Shown piece by piece: positions 51,832 through 58,987 of a stretch of DNA of 64,000 bases. The notes below the pieces were generated by a model. That model did no database searches. It was not told the origin of the DNA and saw only the letters and a list, made by a program, of their open reading frames with translations. How positions within the stretch are numbered: position 1 is the stretch's first letter; each line of letters starts with the position of its first letter. A program made the translations under genes and the position numbers. Source of the stretch: an uncultured Elusimicrobia bacterium (lineage in GTDB: Bacteria > Elusimicrobiota > Elusimicrobia > Elusimicrobiales > UBA9959); the NCBI GenBank assembly GCA_903917735.1, contig CAIXBR010000123.1, positions 3,883 to 67,882 on the forward strand, read 5' to 3'.

Positions 51832-53010
51832 TTACCGCTCTACGCAGATGGCTATGCCCATGCCGCCGCCTATGCAGAGGGTGGCCAGACCTTTCTTCAC
51901 GTTGCGCTTCTTCATCTCGTGCAGCAGGGTGACCAGGATGCGCGCGCCCGAGGCGCCCACGGGGTGGCCCAGCGCTATGGCGCCGCCGTTCACGTTGACG
52001 ATGTCTGTATTGAAGCCGAGCTCCTTGGCTACCGAGAGGCTCTGGGCCGCGAAGGCCTCGTTGGCCTCTATCAGCTCAACGTCCTTCAGTTCCCAATTGG
52101 CCTTCTTCAGGGCTTTGCGCACGGCTTCGGCCGGGCCTATGCCCATGATGGAGGGGTCCACGCCGGCCCAGGCGTAGGAAACTATCTTCGCCATGGGCGT
52201 GAGATTGTGCTTCTTCACCGCGTCGGCGGAAGCCACCAGCACGCAGGCGGCGCCGTCGTTAATACCTGAGGCGTTGGCGGCCGTAACCGTGCCGTCTTTC
52301 TTGAACGCTGGGCGGAGCTTCGCCAGGCCCTCGGCGGTAACGCCGGCTTTGGGGAACTCGTCCTTCGCGAACATTATGGGATCGCCCTTACGCTGCGGTA
52401 TTGCCACAGCTACTATCTCGTCGGCGAAGCGGTTCTCTTTCAGGGACTTCTCAGTTTTGTTCTGGGAGCCGGCCGCGAATTTATCCTGCTCTTCGCGGGT
52501 CAGGCCGTACTTTGTCGCCAGGTTCTCGGCGGTAACGCCCATGTGGTAGTTATTAAAAACGTCCATCAGGCCGTCGTTGATCAGGGAATCGACAAGTTCG
52601 CCGTTGCCCATCTTGTAGCCGTAACGGGCTTTCTTCAGCAGGTACGGGGCATTGGTCATGCTCTCAGCGCCGCCGGCTATTATCATTTCTGCGTCGCCGC
52701 ACATGATGTTCTGCGCAGCCATCGCCACCGTGCGCATGCCGGAACCGCAAAGCATGTTCAGCGTCACGGCGGTCTTCTCGGCCGGGATGCCGGCCCCTAT
52801 GGCCATCTGCCGCGCGGGGCCCTGGCCCACGCCGGCCTGGTAAATGCTGCCCATCAGCACCTCGTCGATGTCGGCGGGGTTCACTTTAGCCCGCTCCATA
52901 ACCGCTTTAACAACCACCTTCCCGAGTTCCACAGAGCTGAAATCAGCCAGGCTTCCCCCGAAGCTGCCTATCGCCGTCCTGACGCCTTCCACTATGAACA
53001 CTTCTTTCAT
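51832..53010 (-). CDS. Acetyl-CoA C-acetyltransferase (thiolase II)
   Basis: 392 aa. Active-site contexts LNMLCGSGMR, NVNGGAIALGHPVGASG, and CIGGGMG at the C-terminus. Confidence 0.9.
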   Translation of the reverse strand: MKEVFIVEGVRTAIGSFGGSLADFSSVELGKVVVKAVMERAKVNPADIDEVLMGSIYQAGVGQGPARQMAIGAGIPAEKTAVTLNMLCGSGMRTVAMAAQNIMCGDAEMIIAGGAESMTNAPYLLKKARYGYKMGNGELVDSLINDGLMDVFNNYHMGVTAENLATKYGLTREEQDKFAAGSQNKTEKSLKENRFADEIVAVAIPQRKGDPIMFAKDEFPKAGVTAEGLAKLRPAFKKDGTVTAANASGINDGAACVLVASADAVKKHNLTPMAKIVSYAWAGVDPSIMGIGPAEAVRKALKKANWELKDVELIEANEAFAAQSLSVAKELGFNTDIVNVNGGAIALGHPVGASGARILVTLLHEMKKRNVKKGLATLCIGGGMGIAICVER

Positions 53011-53046
53011 TTTAGTTTCCTCCGTTAAGTTAATTAAAAAACAAAT

Positions 53047-54375
53047 TCACAAATAGCCGAGTTTCGCTGCCTGCTCCGCCAGCTGCGTCCTGAAATCCGG
53101 GTGCGCCACGCCTATCAGCGCCGCGGCCCTTTCGCGCACGGTGCGGCCGCGCAGGCGCGCTATGCCGAACTCGGTGACGATAATGTCCGTGTTGGCGCGG
53201 TGCAGCGTTACCGCGGTGCCCTCGGCCAGCACGGGCACGATGCAGGATACCGTCCCTTTTCTGGCGGTGGAGCGGCAGGCTATTATCGACTTACCCAACC
53301 CGTCGTAAGCTTCTTTCGCGCCTACGGCGGTATCTGTCTGGCCGCCGGTACCGGAATACTGCACGGTCCCTATGGACTCGCTGGCCACCTGGCCGGTCAG
53401 GTCCACGGTAAGGCAGGTGTTGATGGATACCATGCGGGAATTCTGCCGTATCACGGCGGGGTCGTTAACCCAGGCGCCGCGGCGGAACTCCACGGCGGGA
53501 TTGTCGTCCAGCCAGTCGTAAAGCTTGCGGGATCCCATCGCGAAGGTGCAGACGAACTTGTCCTTGCAGAGTGCCTTCCTCTTGTTGGTGATAACGCCGG
53601 CCTCGTAAAGCTCCATCATCGAGTCCACCATCATTTCGGTGTGCACTCCCAGATCTTTCTTGCCTTTCAGCGCCAGGGCCGCGGCGTTGGGGATGCCACC
53701 TATACCCAGCTGTATGGTGGAGCCGTCCTCTACAAGCTCGGCTATATGGTTGCCGATGGCCGTTTCAATCTGGTCCGGGTTGGGCGAAGGCAGCGCCGGC
53801 ACTTCCTGGTCGTGTTCCACGAACCAGTCCACGTCGTTCATGTGCAGGTGTGTGTCGCCGAAGGTGCGCGGAAGATTCCTGTTTATCTCCAGGACAACAG
53901 TGTCGGCGGCTTCGAGAATGTCTTTTTCGTAGGTGACTCCAAGAGAAAGCGACACAAAACCATGGGCGTCGGGCAGGGTGCAGGTCCCGAAGAAAATATC
54001 GGGCTTGCGGGCCTGCAGCCGGTCCAGCGCGGCGCGGTGCAGCATGTTGGGCACGTAGGTCACAGTGCCTGCGCCGGCGGCCAGCGCCTGGCGCGAGCCG
54101 GGGGCGTGGAACCAACTGGCCAACTCAAAATGGCCCTTCATCTCCGGCTTTATGTAAAAATCGTAGGGTTTCAGCGTCAGCACCGAGAATACCCGGGCGT
54201 CTTTCACGCGCGGCGCGGCTGTGTGAAAGCGGCTCATGCAGCCCTGCGGCTCGGAGGCGCACTGCGCCACTATTATGTCGTCACCGCTCTTTATTTTAGC
54301 CACGGCTTCGTCCGCGGTTATCAGCTTGGCGGCGTACGCCTTACTGTGTTCCTGTTTTTTTCCCATGGTTACCAT
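53047..54375 (-). CDS. Acetyl-CoA hydrolase/transferase family protein (4-hydroxybutyrate/butyryl CoA-transferase type)
   Basis: 442 aa. Blocks IQLGIGGIPNA, SGTGGQTDT and VTEFGIARLRG are characteristic of the family. Confidence 0.8.
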   Translation of the reverse strand: MVTMGKKQEHSKAYAAKLITADEAVAKIKSGDDIIVAQCASEPQGCMSRFHTAAPRVKDARVFSVLTLKPYDFYIKPEMKGHFELASWFHAPGSRQALAAGAGTVTYVPNMLHRAALDRLQARKPDIFFGTCTLPDAHGFVSLSLGVTYEKDILEAADTVVLEINRNLPRTFGDTHLHMNDVDWFVEHDQEVPALPSPNPDQIETAIGNHIAELVEDGSTIQLGIGGIPNAAALALKGKKDLGVHTEMMVDSMMELYEAGVITNKRKALCKDKFVCTFAMGSRKLYDWLDDNPAVEFRRGAWVNDPAVIRQNSRMVSINTCLTVDLTGQVASESIGTVQYSGTGGQTDTAVGAKEAYDGLGKSIIACRSTARKGTVSCIVPVLAEGTAVTLHRANTDIIVTEFGIARLRGRTVRERAAALIGVAHPDFRTQLAEQAAKLGYL

Positions 54376-55010
54376 TAATCCCCCGTCTTGCGCGCTAGTA
54401 TCCCTCTTTTGAAGATCCTCGCGAACAGCTTCACGGCTTCCGTGTCCGGCAGGCCGTAATGTCCCTTCACCTTGAAAAGCTTTTCCATTATGAAATAGTT
54501 ATAGTAGTTCCAGGTCACCATCATCAGGGCGGCTACCGGGTCCACATCGGGGGCTATCTTCTCCAGGCCGCCGGCGCCCCGCGTCTTCATGGCGGCGGCG
54601 TAGCCAGCCCGCATATTAGCGAACAGCTTCGCCACGTGCTTAGCCTCAAACTCCACCACGTCCACATATATAAGGAGGATATAGGCCGAGAACTTCTCCA
54701 CGGTAGCGCGGGAGGCGAAGCCCAGCGCCTCGATATTGTCGGGAAAAGAGGACGAGAGCAGCGCCTTGATCAGCGGCTGGTCGGGCTGGAAATATTCTTT
54801 CTCACAGGTTTCCAGCAGGGAGACGAAGATCTCTTCCTTGGTGGCGAAATAGTTGTAAATATTGCCCAGCGATACCCCGGCCTCCGCGGCGATGTCGCGG
54901 GTGGAGGTGCCGTGGAAACCCTGTTTGGTAAAAAGCTTGGAGGCCGCGGCCAGTATGCGGCCCAGGTTGGCCTTCTGCGCTGGCTTTTTTTTGCCGGGGA
55001 TTGTTTTCAT
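54375..55010 (-). CDS. TetR/AcrR-family transcriptional regulator
   Basis: N-terminal HTH FTKQGFHGTSTRDIAAEAGVSLGNIYNYF. 1-nt overlap with the CoA-transferase gene. Confidence 0.85.
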   Translation of the reverse strand: MKTIPGKKKPAQKANLGRILAAASKLFTKQGFHGTSTRDIAAEAGVSLGNIYNYFATKEEIFVSLLETCEKEYFQPDQPLIKALLSSSFPDNIEALGFASRATVEKFSAYILLIYVDVVEFEAKHVAKLFANMRAGYAAAMKTRGAGGLEKIAPDVDPVAALMMVTWNYYNYFIMEKLFKVKGHYGLPDTEAVKLFARIFKRGILARKTGD

Positions 55011-55034
55011 ATATGAACGATCGTTCGTTCATAT
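55011..55034. promoter_or_regulatory. Candidate TetR operator
   Basis: ATATGAACGA-TCGT-TCGTTCATAT (perfect 10-bp arms), immediately upstream of the TetR start codon. Confidence 0.5.
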
Positions 55035-55074
55035 AAATTCTAGCAAACCCTTTTTAAAAAAGCAACAGTCAAAT

Positions 55075-55103
55075 AAAAAGCCCCCGCTACCGGGGGCTTT
55101 TTA
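55075..55103 (-). terminator. Rho-independent terminator
   Basis: AAAAAGCCCCCG-CTAC-CGGGGGCTTTTT after the stop at 55119. Confidence 0.75.
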
Positions 55104-55118
55104 GCGCGGTTGGGCCGC

Positions 55119-55586
55119 CTATAGCTTCCGGAGCACATAATACTCCGGCGTCCGGTGCCTTATGGTGTAGTCGCCGCTCTTCCATTCGAAGAACATGTAC
55201 GTACGGCCTTTTATCTCCGTTATCGTATAGCGGGACGCGGTCTTGTCCCCGTTATGGGTAACCACGCCTTTGCTCCACCTGAACCACGGAGCGCCCCCGG
55301 GGGAGAAAGGCATTACGGCCATGGCGCCGTTCGGCAGGAACTTGAAGCCGCCCAGGTAGAGGTTTTCCTGGAAGCTCTTATACCCCGGGACGAAGTCCCC
55401 GGGCATCCTTACGAAATCAACGCTAACCCATTCGCCCAGCACGGCGGGGTCGTTCACGAAGGGCAGGTTTATATCGTCCACCAGCCTGCCGTTAACTTCT
55501 GTGGTGTTTATTTTTACATCTTCGGCGCATGCCAGCGTGCCGAAACCCGCAAGAACCGCTATAACCGCAAGTATTCCAAGTTTCAT
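55119..55586 (-). CDS. Secreted single-domain paralog of 55694-56476 (unknown family)
   Basis: Signal peptide. Shares DDINLPFVNDP..W.SVDFV..P..F.PG, GDKTAS.Y.I.EI.G..YMFFEWKSGDY.IR and YYVLRK with both halves of the neighbour. Confidence 0.65.
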   Translation of the reverse strand: MKLGILAVIAVLAGFGTLACAEDVKINTTEVNGRLVDDINLPFVNDPAVLGEWVSVDFVRMPGDFVPGYKSFQENLYLGGFKFLPNGAMAVMPFSPGGAPWFRWSKGVVTHNGDKTASRYTITEIKGRTYMFFEWKSGDYTIRHRTPEYYVLRKL

Positions 55587-55614
55587 AAAGCCTCCTTGTT
55601 ATTCGCTTCCAACT

Positions 55615-55645
55615 GTTATTACGCACAGGCCCCGAAAGTATTACA
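55615..55645 (-). promoter_or_regulatory. Candidate ECF-type promoter
   Basis: Minus strand TGTAAT-16 nt-CGTAATAAC, followed by an AAGGAGG SD and the ATG at 55586. Near-identical motif at 57301-57331. Confidence 0.45.
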
Positions 55646-55649
55646 AAAG

Positions 55650-55677
55650 AAAAAGCCCCCGCGCAGGGGGCCTTTTC
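55650..55677 (-). terminator. Rho-independent terminator
   Basis: AAAAAGCCCCC-GCGCA-GGGGGCCTTTT after the stop at 55694. Confidence 0.75.
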
Positions 55678-55693
55678 TTGCGGCAGGATAATT

Positions 55694-56476
55694 TTATTTT
55701 TTCTTCAGCACGTAATAGAAGGGCTTCGCGCCGCGCAGCACGTAATCGCCGCTCTTCCACTCGAAGAACATATAGCGGGCGCCCTTTATTTCCTTTATCA
55801 CATAGGCGCTGGCCGTCTTGTCGCCGTGGTGCATTACCACGCCCTTGGTCCAAGTCCACCAGGGCTTGCCGCCCTTGCCCTTAGGCAGGAACACCATTTC
55901 CTTAAGATAGAGGTCGTCGCCCCAGGCTTTGGCCGCCGGGTCGAACCGCTCCGGGCTCGCCACGAAATCCACGCTTTCCCATTTCCCTATCACGGCTGGG
56001 TCGTTCACGAACGGCAAATCTATGTTGTCGCGCCGTATAGCTGCCTCTTTCCTGAGCACATAATAATGCGGCTTCTGGTGCCGTATAGAATAGTCGCCGC
56101 TCTTCCACTCAAAGAACATATACTTCGCGCCGCTTATTTCCTTTATTTCATAGCGGCTGGCTGTTTTGTCGCCATGGTGCATCACCACACCTTTGGTCCA
56201 GGTAAGCCAGCCGTTAGGACTTTTGCCGTCCGGCAGGAAAACCAGTTCTTTCAGATAGAGTTCCCCACCAAAACCCTGGCGGCCCGGGGTAAAATCCCCC
56301 GGCTTTTCCACATAATCCACAGCGCGCCAGGTGCCGATCACTCCGGCATCATCGACAAAAGGCAGGCTGATATCGTCCACCGTACGTCCGTCCTTGTCGA
56401 TATAACTTTTTATTTCCTGTCCCAGCGCGGGCCCCGCGGCCAGCAGCGCGGCCAGTATTATGATCTTTATTTTCAT
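55694..56476 (-). CDS. Secreted protein with two tandem copies of the same unknown domain
   Basis: Start set at MKIKIIILAALLAAGPALGQ (signal peptide, GAGGGAAGG upstream). Two ~120-aa repeats, each ending YYVL(R/K)K. Confidence 0.65.
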   Translation of the reverse strand: MKIKIIILAALLAAGPALGQEIKSYIDKDGRTVDDISLPFVDDAGVIGTWRAVDYVEKPGDFTPGRQGFGGELYLKELVFLPDGKSPNGWLTWTKGVVMHHGDKTASRYEIKEISGAKYMFFEWKSGDYSIRHQKPHYYVLRKEAAIRRDNIDLPFVNDPAVIGKWESVDFVASPERFDPAAKAWGDDLYLKEMVFLPKGKGGKPWWTWTKGVVMHHGDKTASAYVIKEIKGARYMFFEWKSGDYVLRGAKPFYYVLKKK

Positions 56477-56477
56477 A

Positions 56478-56801
56478 TCAGTACCTTCCCTCGGCCATAT
56501 AATCCCCAAGCCCTTGGCGCCCACATTCCCCGTACCCGTCCGCGGTTAGGTTATAGGAAGCGGCCGGCGCCGGGGCCGCCAGCGGCTTCTGCCGCACGTT
56601 CACCATCAGAAGGACCGCCGCCAGCGCCGCCACCGGCAGCAACCAAACGAAAGGTCTCCTGCGGCCGCGCCGTTCGGCCCTGTCCAGCAGGCTTCCTTTC
56701 AGCGTGTCACGCACGCGGCTTTCACCGCTGAAGTCCGCCCTCTTCAGCCTTCCGGCCAAACCGGAAAAATCCTTAAAATCTTCTTCGTCCTTGTAGCTCA
56801 T
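56478..56801 (-). CDS. Single-pass anti-sigma factor candidate
   Basis: 107 aa. 4-nt overlap with the ECF sigma gene, one TM (FVWLLPVAALAAVLLMV), short periplasmic tail. Confidence 0.6.
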   Translation of the reverse strand: MSYKDEEDFKDFSGLAGRLKRADFSGESRVRDTLKGSLLDRAERRGRRRPFVWLLPVAALAAVLLMVNVRQKPLAAPAPAASYNLTADGYGECGRQGLGDYMAEGRY

Positions 56802-57295
56802 AAATTCTCCGGCCCCAGCCGCTCTTTCAGTTTCTTCATGGCCCGAAACAAGATCACCGCCACATTGCTTTCGCCCAGCCCCGTCTCCCCGGCTATGTCC
56901 CGGTTGGTCATCTCAAGCGTGAATTTCATAGCTATCAGTTCGCGCTCAACCTCTGAAAGTTCAGCCAGCGCGGCCAGCAGCAGGGCGTTCTCCTCGCTCC
57001 GCTGCGCCGAACCTTCCACCGATTCTCCGGAAGCTATGTTCTCCTCCCGGTCGGTTATGGTGAACCAGCCCCGCACCTTCCTGCGCCTGAAATAGTCGTT
57101 CAGCGTGTTGCGCGCTATGGCGAACAACCAGGGCTCAAGGCCGTGCCGCTCCGGGTCGAAACTGTCGTACTTGTCCAGCACCTTTTCAAAGACCGCCGAC
57201 ACCAGGTCGTCCGCCGCGCCGCGCTCCAGTACCCTGTAGCGGATATAGTTGTATATCCGCGCAAAGTATTTGTCGTATAGTTCTTCGAAGCCCAT
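56798..57295 (-). CDS. ECF-type RNA polymerase sigma factor
   Basis: 165 aa. Region 2 (YNYIRYRV..ADDLVSAVFEKV) and region 4 HTH (TNRDIAGETGLGESNVAVILFRAMKKL). Confidence 0.85.
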   Translation of the reverse strand: MGFEELYDKYFARIYNYIRYRVLERGAADDLVSAVFEKVLDKYDSFDPERHGLEPWLFAIARNTLNDYFRRRKVRGWFTITDREENIASGESVEGSAQRSEENALLLAALAELSEVERELIAMKFTLEMTNRDIAGETGLGESNVAVILFRAMKKLKERLGPENL

Positions 57296-57300
57296 TTTAT

Positions 57301-57331
57301 GTTATTACGCGCCGCAGGCCGAAGTATTACA
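57301..57331 (-). promoter_or_regulatory. Candidate autoregulated ECF-type promoter
   Basis: Minus strand TGTAAT-16 nt-CGTAATAAC, ending ~8 nt before the sigma ATG (near-leaderless). Confidence 0.45.
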
Positions 57332-57347
57332 AAAAGGCGCGGTCAAC

Positions 57348-58019
57348 TCAGACATTTGTCCTGGCGGCCCGTACCTGGCGCACCGTCTCGATTATAGCCG
57401 GCAGTATGGAAACTAAGATAATGGCCATTATCATCAGGGAGAAGTTGTTTTTGATAATGGGGAGGTTCCCGAAGAAATAGCCGGCGAAGGTTATAAGGGT
57501 AACCCAGGTGAAGCCGCCTATAACGTTAAACATCAGGAACCTCGGGTAGGTCATAGAACCCACGCCAGCCACGAAAGGCGCGAAGGTGCGGATTATCGGC
57601 ACATACTTGCAGAGAATTATGGCTTTCCCGCCGTATTTTTCGTAGAAAGCGTGGGTCTTCAGCAGGTATTCCTTCTTGAAGATCCTGGAATTTTCGTAAT
57701 GGAACACCTTGGGGCCTATATAATTCCCGATGGCGTAATTGGTGTTATCCCCCAGCACCGCAGCGAAGACCAGCAGCGGCCAGACCTTGTGGATGTCCAG
57801 ATAGCCCAGCGCGGAGAACGTGCCCACTACGAAAAGCAGGGAATCTCCCGGCAGCATCGGAGTGACCACCAGGCCGGTCTCGCCGAAGATTATCAGGAAA
57901 AGTATCAGGTAGGTCCAGGCTCCGTAATCCTGTATAACGGCCCCCAGCGTACGGTCCAGGTGAAGCAGGACGTGAAGCGCGTGCATGAACCAGCCGCCTA
58001 TCTGCGAGATCATTTCCAT
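57348..58019 (-). CDS. DedA-family membrane protein
   Basis: 223 aa. Blocks FGETGLVVTPMLPGDSLL and KYVPIIRTFAPFVAGVG. Confidence 0.85.
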   Translation of the reverse strand: MEMISQIGGWFMHALHVLLHLDRTLGAVIQDYGAWTYLILFLIIFGETGLVVTPMLPGDSLLFVVGTFSALGYLDIHKVWPLLVFAAVLGDNTNYAIGNYIGPKVFHYENSRIFKKEYLLKTHAFYEKYGGKAIILCKYVPIIRTFAPFVAGVGSMTYPRFLMFNVIGGFTWVTLITFAGYFFGNLPIIKNNFSLMIMAIILVSILPAIIETVRQVRAARTNV

Positions 58020-58077
58020 TGTTTAACCTTCCCGGCGGGCCGCCCCGCTTTTCCACAATGATATTTTACAACTTGCG

Positions 58078-58134
58078 TGGGTGCCGTACCAAGCGCTATG
58101 CTCATCAAACGGCCGATACCAAGCGCCGTCAGCC
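58078..58134 (+). repeat. Hairpin mini-repeat, copy m6 (partial, with extra half-unit)
   Basis: GTGCCGTACCAAGCGCTATGCTCATCAAACGGCC plus GATACCAAGCGCCGTCAGCC, in an ordinary intergenic spacer. Confidence 0.5.
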
Positions 58135-58156
58135 TTTTTAGGGTTATAATTTAACT

Positions 58157-58975
58157 ATGGAAAGAGATTACGGAAAGGTCCCGCTGGAACGCGCGCTCTC
58201 AAAGCTGGGGGCCGCTTCGCGCAGCCAGACCAGGGAATGGATACTGAAAGGCCGCCTGCAGGTGAACGGCAGGACCGTGCGCGACACTCAGTTCATGGTC
58301 TCCCCGGAAAAAGACAGGTTCACGGTGGACGGCAAGCCCATGCAGAACGACGGCTGGCAGGCCATAGTCCTGAACAAGCCGAAGGGGATAGTCACCACCA
58401 AGAGCGACGAGCAGGGCCGCCGCACAGTTTTCGACCTGCTGCCCTCCGAACTGCAGACCCTGCACCCGGTGGGCCGCCTGGACATGGCCACCACGGGCCT
58501 GCTGATACTCACCAACGACACACGTCTCTCCTCTTACCTGACCGACCCGGCCAACGCCATCTTGCGCACCTATATAGTTACCGTAACCGGCGAAATGACC
58601 GAAGCCGCCCTGGCGAAAGCTGCGGCCGGAATAATGGACGAGGGAGAACTCCTGAAGCCTTCCGGCATAACGCTGCGCAAGACCAGCGGCCGGGAATCCC
58701 ACCTTACGGTGGAACTGACAGAGGGCAAGAACCGCGAGATCCGCCGGCTCTTCGGAGCGCTGGGCCACGAGGTCACCAGCCTGAAGAGGGTGGCTTTCGG
58801 GCCGCTGCAGCTGGGCGCCCTGGAGCCCGGCAAGTTCCGCCGCCTGACAAGGGAAGAACTGAAGATAAAAGAAATTTCCGCGCCGGTAGTAAAGAAACTG
58901 GAGCCGCCCCACCCCTGGAGACAGGAAAATAAACGTTTTAAAAGAAAAATGCCGCCCGGAAGGCGGCACTTTTGA
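58157..58975 (+). CDS. RsuA/RluB-family pseudouridine synthase
   Basis: S4 domain (LSKLGAASRSQTREWILKGRLQVNG), catalytic HPVGRLDMATTGLLILTND, basic tail. Confidence 0.85.
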   Translation: MERDYGKVPLERALSKLGAASRSQTREWILKGRLQVNGRTVRDTQFMVSPEKDRFTVDGKPMQNDGWQAIVLNKPKGIVTTKSDEQGRRTVFDLLPSELQTLHPVGRLDMATTGLLILTNDTRLSSYLTDPANAILRTYIVTVTGEMTEAALAKAAAGIMDEGELLKPSGITLRKTSGRESHLTVELTEGKNREIRRLFGALGHEVTSLKRVAFGPLQLGALEPGKFRRLTREELKIKEISAPVVKKLEPPHPWRQENKRFKRKMPPGRRHF

Positions 58976-58978
58976 CTT
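58945..58978. terminator. Bidirectional terminator between convergent genes
   Basis: AAAAATGCCGCC-CGGAA-GGCGGCACTTTT, overlapping the last codons of the synthase gene. Confidence 0.55.
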
Positions 58979-58987
58979 TCTGCCAGG

